22,243 nt of DNA from an uncultured archaeon (lineage in GTDB: Archaea; Iainarchaeota; Iainarchaeia; Iainarchaeales; CSSED10-239), in the NCBI GenBank assembly GCA_964496765.1, contig CAZCAP010000001.1, forward strand, positions 23,289-45,531, given 5' to 3'. The notes beneath the pieces are model-generated. The model worked only from the letters and a program-made list of their open reading frames with translations, was not told the DNA's origin and ran no database searches. A program made the translations under genes and the position numbers. This document shows positions 1-8,623 of this stretch, one piece after another (the stretch's first letter is position 1; each line of letters starts with the position of its first letter).

Positions 1-477
1 TAATCCCATGCTTATTAGAAACAATTTTGGAAAATCAAATAAGTAAACTACAATAACTGCAAAACAAAACAATATCATTGCTTTGAATATAGATATAACC
101 AAAGGAGTTATCCATATATTTTGGTGTCTATTAAATCTTAAATATTTATAACCAAGTATAAACAATAGATTTGATGCCCAAATAATTGGAATAAAATATA
201 ATAAGTAATGTGTATTAACTCCAAATATAATACCAGCACTTAAAACCCCAATTGATGGAATAAAGATAATAGGAATAATATTTTTAAATTTAAAATAAAT
301 TGCTCCTCTAATTAAGAAAAAATTAACTAAAATACCAATTAACCATTGTGGATGTGCTATAATAAATGGTAATCCAAATGCTAATAAAGAATAAATAATA
401 AGTTCAAAATATTCTGTATTAAAATACTTATAAACTATCTTTTGATTAAAATAGTGCTTATTTATTCCAATATTCAC
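1..477 (-). CDS. Hypothetical multi-pass membrane protein, truncated at window start
   Basis: Manual translation of the reverse strand from GTG at 477 is open for 159 codons to base 1 (VNIGINKHYFNQKIVYKYFNTEYFELIIYSLLAFGLPFIIAHPQWLIGILVNFFLIRG...FPKLFLISMGL), several hydrophobic segments; AGGAAA lies upstream of GTG. Not in supplied track because its stop lies outside the window. Confidence 0.75.
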   Translation of the reverse strand, partial: MNIGINKHYFNQKIVYKYFNTEYFELIIYSLLAFGLPFIIAHPQWLIGILVNFFLIRGAIYFKFKNIIPIIFIPSIGVLSAGIIFGVNTHYLLYFIPIIWASNLLFILGYKYLRFNRHQNIWITPLVISIFKAMILFCFAVIVVYLFDFPKLFLISMGL

Positions 478-568
478 AATAATTTCCTATTTTTGTATAA
501 TTATTATATATTATTAAGATAACAATTATTAAACCTTATCTTTCTATTATTATATAGGGGTTTAACCT

Positions 569-1960
569 ATGACTATTAAAAGACCTATTAATTCTAAATT
601 AAAAAACATATATGATGTTATTATTGTGGGGGCTGGACCTGCTGGTCTCTTTTGTGCAACAGAACTATCTAAGCTTAATAAAAATACAAAGATTCTAATT
701 ATTGATAAAGGAAACCTAGTTGAAAACAGAAAGAAAAACGAAGTTATGACTGGTTTTGGAGGAGCAGGTACCTTCTCTGATGGTAAACTTCATTTCACTC
801 CTGTTCTTTCCCATGAAAAAATGTTCCATCTTTATTCAAAGGAAGAATATCAAAAATATTTAGATTACATTGAAAAAGAATTCTTAGCTCTTGGAGTTCC
901 AAAAGACTATTATCCAAAGAATCTAAAAGAAGCTCAAGAGATGGTTGATAAAGCAGAAAGAAACAATATCAAACTATTTATTAGAAAAACAATTCATGTT
1001 GGAACAGATAAGCTAGTTCCAATCATCAAAAAGATCCAAGATAAGCTAAAGAACAACAAAAACATCACGTTACTCCCTCTAACAGAGGTTACTGATCTAT
1101 TGATCAATAAAAAACAAGTGGATGGAGTAATTATTTCAACAGGAGAAAAAATCTATGGTAAGAAGGTTATATGCGCTCCTGGAAGATATAATGCTTCCTG
1201 GATTGAAAGAATAACTGATAAATACAAGATTGAAAAAGTATTTGATAAGGTTGAGGTAGGAATTAGAGTTGAGTTCCCTTCTTCAATTAACTCAGCTCAT
1301 TCAGAACAGATGTATGAAACAATCTATTATATGTATACTCCAACCTTTGATGATGTTGTTAGAACCTTCTGTCCTTGTCCAAAGGGCTATGTGGCATTAG
1401 AAGATTATAAAGATTATGTGTGTGTTAATGGTTATTCAAATTCAAATAATGATGGAGTTAACTCGAATTTTGCTCTAGTTGTTGAAATTAATTTAACTGA
1501 ACCACTTGAGTCCACAAGAAAATATGCTGAATTCATTGCAAAAGGGGTAACTCTAATAGGAGCTGGAAAACCAATTATTCAAAGATATAAAGATCTAAAG
1601 ATGGGAAGAAGATCAACCCAGGAACGTTTAGGAAAAGCACATATTACTCCTTCCTTAAAGGAAGCTGTTCCTGGAGATATAGGAATGGCTATGCCCTATA
1701 GAATAACTAAGGATCTAATTGAAGGAATTGAAATGCTATCAAAACTTCTTCCTGGTTTGAATGGAGATTCAACTTTTCTTTATGCTCCAGAGGTTAAGTT
1801 CAGATCAAATAAGATAAAGACAGACAAGTATCTTGAAACAGATATAAATAATCTGTATATGCTTGGAGATGCAGCTGGAGTTTCAGGAAACATAGTTGGA
1901 GCAGCAATTTCTGGAATTATTTGTGCGAGAGGAATAATTAGAAAAAGAGAAAAGAATTAA
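569..1960 (+). CDS. NAD(P)/FAD-dependent dehydrogenase (COG2509-like)
   Basis: N-terminal dinucleotide-binding motif DVIIVGAGPAGLFCA, family-like GGAGTFSDGKL, C-terminal NLYMLGDAAGVSGNIVGAAISG FAD-binding segment. Confidence 0.93.
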   Translation: MTIKRPINSKLKNIYDVIIVGAGPAGLFCATELSKLNKNTKILIIDKGNLVENRKKNEVMTGFGGAGTFSDGKLHFTPVLSHEKMFHLYSKEEYQKYLDYIEKEFLALGVPKDYYPKNLKEAQEMVDKAERNNIKLFIRKTIHVGTDKLVPIIKKIQDKLKNNKNITLLPLTEVTDLLINKKQVDGVIISTGEKIYGKKVICAPGRYNASWIERITDKYKIEKVFDKVEVGIRVEFPSSINSAHSEQMYETIYYMYTPTFDDVVRTFCPCPKGYVALEDYKDYVCVNGYSNSNNDGVNSNFALVVEINLTEPLESTRKYAEFIAKGVTLIGAGKPIIQRYKDLKMGRRSTQERLGKAHITPSLKEAVPGDIGMAMPYRITKDLIEGIEMLSKLLPGLNGDSTFLYAPEVKFRSNKIKTDKYLETDINNLYMLGDAAGVSGNIVGAAISGIICARGIIRKREKN

Positions 1961-1962
1961 AT

Positions 1963-2604
1963 ATGCCATCAAGAAGATATAAAAAAATAAAGGTAGAACC
2001 AAAGGTTCTAAATGAGAAGTACATAGAAACTCATTCTTTTTCTAAAATGCATGAAGAAGCATGTACTCAAAAACATATTAAGAACAATCCACAGGCTATA
2101 GAAAGAAGAATTAAACTACAGCTAAAGAAGCTGTTCTCAATTTATGGAAGTGATATTGCTAAATTATTTAAAGAAAAATCAATACAAAACTTAATTATTA
2201 AATTAACTCCACGTGAAAAACTATTTTTTTATGACACTATCTTAAAATCTCATAATATTAAAGAGCATCATAGAGAATCCTATGATAATTGGCATAAGAA
2301 AATTTCACAAATTCTTGATTCAAATGTAAATCTTAAACATAGGACCGAAAAATTAAATCCCCTAAAAGAATTATTCAAAGAAAGTCCTGAAAAAGCAATA
2401 AGTAAATTAAAACAATTGGTTTCAAATAAATATGCAAAAACAGAGCACATAAAAAAGCTACAAAAACTAGATAAAGAATTATTTTTAGATTTAAATAAAA
2501 AAAATGAATTCTATGTTCTTGAAATGATCTATTTATTTGGAATTGATCATGAAATTGTATCTGCAATCACTAAAACCTTTAACAAACACAGAAGCACCTT
2601 ATGA
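1963..2604 (+). CDS. Hypothetical protein, Lys-rich, helical
   Basis: 213-aa ORF, begins 2 nt after the preceding stop; no family recognised. Confidence 0.75.
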   Translation: MPSRRYKKIKVEPKVLNEKYIETHSFSKMHEEACTQKHIKNNPQAIERRIKLQLKKLFSIYGSDIAKLFKEKSIQNLIIKLTPREKLFFYDTILKSHNIKEHHRESYDNWHKKISQILDSNVNLKHRTEKLNPLKELFKESPEKAISKLKQLVSNKYAKTEHIKKLQKLDKELFLDLNKKNEFYVLEMIYLFGIDHEIVSAITKTFNKHRSTL

Positions 2605-2661
2605 TTTAAGATAAATATATTTATAAATTTAATTAACTAAATTATTACTAGTGATATAAAC

Positions 2662-3039
2662 ATGGTTGAAAAGCAAGAAAGTGCAGCAGAGGGTGCTGCA
2701 GATTTTATGTATTTTATGATATTTGGGTTCTATGGTTTATTTTTATCAACTTTATTGATAATAATAAATAATGTGATTGATTTTTTTTGGGGATCTCAGA
2801 TTGTAGATATCTATTTCACAGTAATTTCAACAATTATTGTTTCTTTATATTTTGTATTCCATAGGTTTTCAAGAGTAAGCTTTATGTACCTACTGGGATG
2901 GATTATTGGAATGTTTGTTTTATATGCATTAGATTTATCTTTCTTTAATATAAATTTACAAAAAATAATTTTCTGGGTAATTTTACCTACAATCATAATA
3001 ATAATAAGATTTATTATACACAAAGGTAGAGGTAATTAA
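2662..3039 (+). CDS. Small hydrophobic membrane protein (about 4 TM), paralog 1 of tandem pair
   Basis: 125-aa ORF with four hydrophobic segments; shares FSRVSFMYLLGWIIGMFVLYALDLSFF...IIFWVILPTIIIIIRFII with next ORF. Confidence 0.8.
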   Translation: MVEKQESAAEGAADFMYFMIFGFYGLFLSTLLIIINNVIDFFWGSQIVDIYFTVISTIIVSLYFVFHRFSRVSFMYLLGWIIGMFVLYALDLSFFNINLQKIIFWVILPTIIIIIRFIIHKGRGN

Positions 3040-3044
3040 GTAAT

Positions 3045-3437
3045 ATGAGTCCACCAAGATTATATCATCATGCGCATCATACATGGCATGGAACAACAGC
3101 CTTCATTATTAAAATTATATTGAATTTTATACTTTTAACTATACTTTTATTTATAAATCAGATTGCAGAACATTTTCTTGGTAAGGCAATCATCTCCTAT
3201 CTAATAATAACCATAATAATTGTTTTGTTTACAATCTATACAGTAATAAGTCATTTTACAAAAGCTAATTTCTTTTATTTAGTAGGTTGGATTGTTGGGT
3301 TAATTATACTTTATAAAGCAGAGCTTCCGTTTATAGAACTAGATACTATCCATATGTCATTATATATTGGAATTCCAACCATCATGTTCATAGTAAGATT
3401 TATTGTATACCTCTATTCGGATAGAGAAAAATTCTAG
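3045..3437 (+). CDS. Small hydrophobic membrane protein (about 4 TM), paralog 2 of tandem pair
   Basis: 130-aa ORF; FTKANFFYLVGWIVGLIILYKAELPFI...IGIPTIMFIVRFIVY aligns with preceding ORF; GAGGTAA SD-like motif upstream. Confidence 0.8.
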   Translation: MSPPRLYHHAHHTWHGTTAFIIKIILNFILLTILLFINQIAEHFLGKAIISYLIITIIIVLFTIYTVISHFTKANFFYLVGWIVGLIILYKAELPFIELDTIHMSLYIGIPTIMFIVRFIVYLYSDREKF

Positions 3438-3464
3438 GATTATTTAATTTCCTTATTTTATAAG

Positions 3465-3507
3465 AAAAAAAAGAAAAAGATGTTAGATGAATTTATAATT
3501 CATCTAA
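3465..3507 (-). terminator. Hairpin plus U-rich tract at ftsZ 3' end
   Basis: Perfect 11-bp inverted repeat TTAGATGAATT(3483-3493)-TAT-AATTCATCTAA(3497-3507) spanning the ftsZ stop; minus-strand transcript continues CAUCUUUUUCUUUUUUUUC. Confidence 0.6.
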
Positions 3508-4596
3508 ACCGAAATCGTTATCGTATGATCTTCTTGATCCACTTGCTGGAGCGTTTGAACCACCCTTTCCATTAAATCTTGTACTTCCTTTAATGAATGG
3601 TGACTTTACTCCTGTGAAGATTGCAATTACTTCAATCTTATTATCGAAAGTAGGATCTATTCTTGCACCCCAAATAACATTTGCGTTTGGATCTATTTCG
3701 TCTGTTAACATTTCACCAACAGCATTTGCTTCTCCAAGTGTTAATTCAGCTCCACCTGTAATGTGTATTAAACATCCAGATGCTCCTCCGATATCAACAT
3801 CTAAAAGTGCATTCTTTAATGTGTCCTCAACAACTTCTTCAACCTTATTAACTGATTGTGATTCTCCAACAGCAATAACAGATAATCCCTTACCGCCCAT
3901 TACTGTTCTAATGTCTGCGTAATCTAAGTTAATTAATGAAGGTTGTGTTATTGTTTCTGTGATTCCTCTAATTGTTCTTGCGATTACTTCATCAGCTACT
4001 TTGAAAGCATCCTGTATAGGTAAATTTGGAACTAATTCAACTAATCTGTTGTTATCAATGATTATAATTGTATCACAAACATCTTTTAATACATCAATTC
4101 CTTCTTCTGCTTTCTTAGCTCTTGCTCTTTCAAGTACGAATGGGAATGTAACTATTGCAATAACAATTGCACCCTGTTGTTTAGCTATCTGAGCTACAAC
4201 TGGAGATGCTCCTGTTCCTGTTCCTCCACCCATTCCAGAGGTTATGAATAATAAATCTACACCATCAAGTATTTCTTCAAGTGCGCCCTTTGAAACTTCA
4301 GCAGCCTTAGCTCCGATTTCTGGATAAGCTCCTGCACCAAGTCCGTTTGTTATTGACTTACCGATTAATAATTTTGTAATATCGTCTGAAATTATTCCTA
4401 AATGTTGTCTATCTGTGTTAACAGCCACTATTTGTGCACCAGCAACACCCATTGCTGCAATTCTATTTACAGAATTATTTCCAGCACCACCAACACCAAC
4501 TACCATAATCTTTGGAGCTGCAAATTCTTCATCTTTAGAGAAAGAAGCAGAACCTTCAGATTTATCATTTATTGCTTTTGATACAATTGATCTCAT
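3493..4596 (-). CDS. ftsZ: Cell division protein FtsZ (archaeal type)
   Basis: [19 protein letters not shown], tubulin signature [32 protein letters not shown]-terminal DNDFGLDEL. Start refined from track GTG 4605 to ATG 4596, because the GTG is inside an AAAAAGGTG SD motif 6 nt upstream of ATG. Confidence 0.97.
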   Translation of the reverse strand: MRSIVSKAINDKSEGSASFSKDEEFAAPKIMVVGVGGAGNNSVNRIAAMGVAGAQIVAVNTDRQHLGIISDDITKLLIGKSITNGLGAGAYPEIGAKAAEVSKGALEEILDGVDLLFITSGMGGGTGTGASPVVAQIAKQQGAIVIAIVTFPFVLERARAKKAEEGIDVLKDVCDTIIIIDNNRLVELVPNLPIQDAFKVADEVIARTIRGITETITQPSLINLDYADIRTVMGGKGLSVIAVGESQSVNKVEEVVEDTLKNALLDVDIGGASGCLIHITGGAELTLGEANAVGEMLTDEIDPNANVIWGARIDPTFDNKIEVIAIFTGVKSPFIKGSTRFNGKGGSNAPASGSRRSYDNDFGLDEL

Positions 4597-4777
4597 CTTA
4601 TACACCTTTTTTTATTTTTTTGTCCTTTATTAATAAAATTTAAAATACTATCTCAACCTTCTGTTATACTGATATTTCTTGAAAATATTTGATTGAAAGG
4701 CAGATTTTGGATACGTTTTGTATAACCTCAAACATGTTAAAATAATATCTTTGATATTATAAATTAGTACAAATACT

Positions 4778-4786
4778 TTTTAAATA
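4778..4786 (+). promoter_or_regulatory. Putative archaeal TATA box upstream of ICMT-like gene
   Basis: TTTTAAATA in an otherwise noncoding 263-bp divergent region. Confidence 0.35.
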
Positions 4787-4859
4787 GATATTATGCATAA
4801 TCTTTTTGAAAAACTAATGAAATTTAATCAAAATATATTAACTTGAATACAGGAATTAT

Positions 4860-5417
4860 ATGTATAAACTATTACTTCTGGTAATTTATGTATTAATTTA
4901 CTATGCTTTTGTGTATAGATTAACTAAAAGGTATATGGATACTACTAGAGAAACAATAAATATGTTCAAAACCGATTTTTATACATCCCAATATTTCGTG
5001 GTTTTCTTTATTCTTGCTTTAATTTCTCTTTTTTATTATATGTTTTATACAAATGTGTATATATTTGCTGTCCAAGATATATTGTTTTTCATATTAATAA
5101 TCTTTTCAGGAATTATAGAGTATAATGCAATTAAAAACCTAGGAGAAAACTATTATCCTCAAACAGGTCCTGAAAAAAGATTAATCACAACAGGAATATA
5201 TTCAAAGATAAGACATCCAATCTATCTTTCCGCCCTAATCCTTGGTCTTGGGATTTATTCTCTCTGGGCTTTTAATATACTTCTGTATACCTATCCTCTA
5301 CTCATTATATCAGTAATAATTAAAGTTGAACAGGAAGATAGATACCTAACTAAAAGATTTAAAGCCTATAGAGGATATAAAACAAAAAGCTATAAATTAA
5401 TTCCCTATATTTACTAA
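4860..5417 (+). CDS. Isoprenylcysteine carboxyl methyltransferase (ICMT)/phospholipid methyltransferase-like membrane protein
   Basis: TGIYSKIRHPIYLSALILGLG ... EQEDRYLTKRFKAYRGYKTKSYKLIPYIY signature of ICMT/PEMT-like family. Confidence 0.85.
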   Translation: MYKLLLLVIYVLIYYAFVYRLTKRYMDTTRETINMFKTDFYTSQYFVVFFILALISLFYYMFYTNVYIFAVQDILFFILIIFSGIIEYNAIKNLGENYYPQTGPEKRLITTGIYSKIRHPIYLSALILGLGIYSLWAFNILLYTYPLLIISVIIKVEQEDRYLTKRFKAYRGYKTKSYKLIPYIY

Positions 5418-5427
5418 AGGTAACTAA

Positions 5428-5946
5428 TTATTGCCCAAGCTTATATCCTCCTCTTTCAAATACTACACTCTTATGGCTTGTAAATCTAGTGAAATTAATA
5501 ATTAGATCTGCGATTACCTTTGCCCAGAATGCACTGAAATGTAAGAACTCAACAAAAAAGATAATTAGCACAAATACAAGAATAACTCCAACAATATTTA
5601 TGAAATAATACCTAATAAATGATTTTATGTTTCTCACTGAAAAGGTTCTTGTTTCGTCTTTAAATGTGTATTTCTTATGCAAAGTGAAATTAACAAAACC
5701 TTTACTTAGGTCAGATATTACAACAACAGGAATATAAAAAAAGTTTAACCAATTTACAAAAATTAATATCAACCCCAAGTCAACAATGGTCCCAACCATA
5801 CCAAGGGTTACATATTTAAGATATCTTTTATATTTATAAAACAAGCTATAGCTAATTAAAAAGTAATATAATTTATGAAATATCGTGTGCTTTCTAATGT
5901 CCAGTAATGACCGTGAGAATCTATACTTATTTTTATTCTGTGGCAT
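5428..5946 (-). CDS. GtrA-like membrane protein
   Basis: LKYVTLGMVGTIVDLGLILIFVNWL...FVNFTLHKKYTFK...FTRFTSHKSVVF matches GtrA family pattern; N-terminal extension of about 45 aa. Confidence 0.85.
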   Translation of the reverse strand: MPQNKNKYRFSRSLLDIRKHTIFHKLYYFLISYSLFYKYKRYLKYVTLGMVGTIVDLGLILIFVNWLNFFYIPVVVISDLSKGFVNFTLHKKYTFKDETRTFSVRNIKSFIRYYFINIVGVILVFVLIIFFVEFLHFSAFWAKVIADLIINFTRFTSHKSVVFERGGYKLGQ

Positions 5947-6680
5947 TACAATGGTCTCCTTTTTGGTATCATTGGTTTTTTTATTTTGTGCATTTCTTTT
6001 GGATTTTCTTGCCTTGCTTTAAACAGAAATGCATCTTTTTGTTTATATTTTTTAATTTTATCAACAACTGAAACATATTTATCCATTAAACTATCCATGT
6101 GCTTTTGGGAATGATTCATATATTTAATCTCTGAAATTTCTTTTCTTAGTTGTTTAAATTCAAGTAAAGCTTGCAGTACTTCATGGTTTTTTCGTCCTGT
6201 TTGCTTAAAATTAGCTAGCATTTTTATAATAAATTTATCAGTGGGTGTTGCAACATGATAGGTTGGTCTAGTAATCTTAAATAGGGCTTCTTTTGTTATA
6301 TGCTGCTTTTTAATTGATGTTAATGTTTCTTTAATTTTATCAAATACATTTATATCTGATAATTTTCTAACGTATGCTACATTTTCTAATTTTGGAACAG
6401 TATCATATTTTGCTGCTGTGTAAAATAAAAGTTTTGATTTTTTAAGAGCAACCTTGAAAAAATTAACAACTTCTTTTTCACTAGCAAAATCACTTCTTAC
6501 ATCAGAAACAACTAAATCAATCTTTTTGTCACCTATATATTTGAGAGCTTCTTTTGGAGTTGAAACTGTTATTAAATCAATCCCAAATTCATCTAGCAAT
6601 CCACTTTTTTTTAATTGAAGTTTAAATAATAAGCTTTCCATATCATTATCTTCTAAATGTAATATTGTTTTTCTTTGCAT
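5946..6680 (-). CDS. Response regulator receiver (CheY-like) domain protein with uncharacterised C-terminal region
   Basis: ILHLEDND (acidic pair), DLVVSDV (phospho-acceptor Asp), LLFYTAA (Thr), YVRKL (Lys); Lys-rich C-terminus. Confidence 0.8.
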   Translation of the reverse strand: MQRKTILHLEDNDMESLLFKLQLKKSGLLDEFGIDLITVSTPKEALKYIGDKKIDLVVSDVRSDFASEKEVVNFFKVALKKSKLLFYTAAKYDTVPKLENVAYVRKLSDINVFDKIKETLTSIKKQHITKEALFKITRPTYHVATPTDKFIIKMLANFKQTGRKNHEVLQALLEFKQLRKEISEIKYMNHSQKHMDSLMDKYVSVVDKIKKYKQKDAFLFKARQENPKEMHKIKKPMIPKRRPL

Positions 6681-6756
6681 ATATAATCAGTTTTGAAAAT
6701 TAGTTACTTCCATTATACTTTCATTATTTCACAATAAATATATTTAATAAGATAAG

Positions 6757-6764
6757 TATATAAA
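6757..6764 (+). promoter_or_regulatory. Putative TATA box for AI-2E transporter gene
   Basis: TATATAAA about 47 nt upstream of ATG 6811. Confidence 0.4.
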
Positions 6765-6810
6765 CCAAACTATCTAAAATATATACTAATAATTAGAGGA
6801 TTGGAAATAA

Positions 6811-7833
6811 ATGAAATTTAAAGAATTTAATAAATATTTAGCGATTGCTATTGTTATTCTTTTGGGAATTGTATTTTTTTATAATCTATTGCCCTATCTA
6901 AATGCATTCTTTGGAGCTATGATCTTATTTTTTTTATTTTTTCCACTATATTCTTTATTTACAAATAAATTAAAGCTTAGTAAAGGAATTTCAGCAATAA
7001 TTGTTATAGTTATTACCCTATTGATAATAATTGTTCCTTTAATTTTCATTGTGAATTCTGCTGCTACAGAAATAAATTACATTACTACTCACTCAGATGA
7101 AATTTTATCCAAAATAAATATTATTGATTCAAAATATCCTACCCTACATATTAAAGAAACCATTAATAAAAACCTACCTGCAATTGTTTCCTTTGGCGGG
7201 AATCTGTTAATGAAACAAATAAATAGTATAGCAAAAATCCTAATTGTATTATTTATAATGTACTGTACACTATATTATCTTTTTATAGCTCATAAAAAAA
7301 TTGAACAAAAAATTAAAGACTTTCTTCCTTTTAATAAAAAAAATACAATCACTTTAGTAAACAGTTTTAGAAGAGTAACCATGACTGTTCTAATTTCAAC
7401 TGGTTTAATTTCTTTAATACAGGGTATACTTTTGGGTCTAGTATTTTTCTTGTTTGGGATAAAAGGCGCAATTCTTTGGGGAATAGTTGCTTTTATTGTA
7501 TCTCTTCTTCCAGTGGTTGGCTTACCACTAATTTATGTTCCATTCTCTATAATCTATCTAGTTAATCAGAATTATTATGTTGGTTTTGGAGTATTAATCC
7601 TTGGAATAGTAGTTAGTTTGTCTGATTACCTTCTAAGACCACTACTACAAAAGCGTATGGGAGATATTCATCCTCTCATATCAATAATAGGTGTAGTTAT
7701 TGGTATATCCGCATTTGGATTTATTGGTTTAATTATAGGGCCTTTACTTATAACCTATCTATTATTAACCTACAAAATGTTTATGGAAGAATATATTAAA
7801 AAACAAAAGGTGAGTAATCATGAGACGAAATGA
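6811..7833 (+). CDS. AI-2E family transporter (PerM-like permease)
   Basis: 340 aa, multi-TM; LLPVVGLPLIYVPFSIIYLVNQNYYVGFGVLILGIVVSLSDYLLRPLLQKRMGDIHPLISIIGVVIGISAFGFIGLIIGPLLITYLL typical of the family. Confidence 0.92.
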   Translation: MKFKEFNKYLAIAIVILLGIVFFYNLLPYLNAFFGAMILFFLFFPLYSLFTNKLKLSKGISAIIVIVITLLIIIVPLIFIVNSAATEINYITTHSDEILSKINIIDSKYPTLHIKETINKNLPAIVSFGGNLLMKQINSIAKILIVLFIMYCTLYYLFIAHKKIEQKIKDFLPFNKKNTITLVNSFRRVTMTVLISTGLISLIQGILLGLVFFLFGIKGAILWGIVAFIVSLLPVVGLPLIYVPFSIIYLVNQNYYVGFGVLILGIVVSLSDYLLRPLLQKRMGDIHPLISIIGVVIGISAFGFIGLIIGPLLITYLLLTYKMFMEEYIKKQKVSNHETK

Positions 7834-8011
7834 AAATAAAAACGTAAATGTACAGATTGCAGGAACAATTGGAGGCTTATCTGTTGCATTGGTTGCAATT
7901 AATCTTATCTTTGCAAGCAATTATGCATGGGTATCAATATTTATAGTATTATTTATGGTAATCTTTGGAATTGTCCTTGCTAATTTCGAAAATAATAAAA
8001 AAAAAAAGTGA
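7820..8011 (+). CDS. Small hydrophobic protein with two TM segments and a Lys4 C-terminus
   Basis: 63-aa ORF overlapping the upstream gene by 14 nt; SD-like AAAGGTGA upstream of ATG; IQ-AGTIGGLSVALVAINLIF and WVSIFIVLFMVIFGIVLANF segments. Confidence 0.65.
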   Translation: MRRNENKNVNVQIAGTIGGLSVALVAINLIFASNYAWVSIFIVLFMVIFGIVLANFENNKKKK

Positions 8012-8038
8012 ATACCTAAAATTATATTATAGGTATTC
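7997..8038 (-). terminator. Intrinsic-like terminator: 9-bp stem plus U11
   Basis: GAATACCTA(8010-8018) / TAGGTATTC(8030-8038), with the minus gene's TAA (8022-8024) in the loop; minus transcript then reads AC-U11 (A-run 7997-8007). Confidence 0.7.
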
Positions 8039-8582
8039 TATCTTTCCAAGCTACGATTCCAAATATTATTAGATTAATAATTAATGCGAACATACCTATA
8101 ACTGGAATAATTCCTAATAAAGGTAATAAGCTCAACCATCCAGGATAATTTCTAAGCTTATATATTCGCCATAACCATACTACACTCATAATTGCAATAA
8201 ACACAATAGTTAGAGCATATACAATAAAATAAATTCGAGAAACGTTTTGTAAAAAGGTAGTGGTATAATCCAGTCGCATTAAAAAAAAAGGATAAGCTAA
8301 TGAAAGTAAAACTGGAATCGCAAATATTATTGTCCACCATTCATTCTTTTTAGCTACTATTGGTAATATGAAAATATTTATTATTGGTATCCATGCTAGC
8401 CAGGCATACTTATAACCTAATTTTTTAGCTATAGTAAACCAAGCAAATGTAAAATATAAATATAGTGCACAAATTATTATTAAAGTGATTAAGCTAGTTA
8501 ATACAAATGTATTCATTGTATTCATAGGATTAAATTTAGTCAATAAATTTTCATTAAATGCTAATATCGGTAGATTAATCAT
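8022..8582 (-). CDS. Small multi-TM protein (DUF5684/signal-peptidase-I-associated-like family, tentative), paralog A
   Basis: TIAKKLGYKYAWLAWIPIINIFILPIVAKKNEWW ... LRNYPGWLSLLPLLGIIPVIG...IIFGIVAWKDR; aligns with 8637..9161. Confidence 0.8.
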   Translation of the reverse strand: MINLPILAFNENLLTKFNPMNTMNTFVLTSLITLIIICALYLYFTFAWFTIAKKLGYKYAWLAWIPIINIFILPIVAKKNEWWTIIFAIPVLLSLAYPFFLMRLDYTTTFLQNVSRIYFIVYALTIVFIAIMSVVWLWRIYKLRNYPGWLSLLPLLGIIPVIGMFALIINLIIFGIVAWKDRIPII

Positions 8583-8623
8583 TTATATTCCTCCTTTATT
8601 TAATTTAATTTTTAAAAAATAAT

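Noticed and set aside
2375-3023. Minus-strand ORFs 2375..2566 and 2811..3023
   Set aside because: Antisense to better supported plus-strand ORFs; no recognisable domain.
3593-4633. Plus-strand ORFs inside ftsZ (3593..3922, 3959..4192, 4415..4633)
   Set aside because: Antisense shadows of the unambiguous ftsZ reading frame; Pro/Thr/Ile-rich translations with no motifs.
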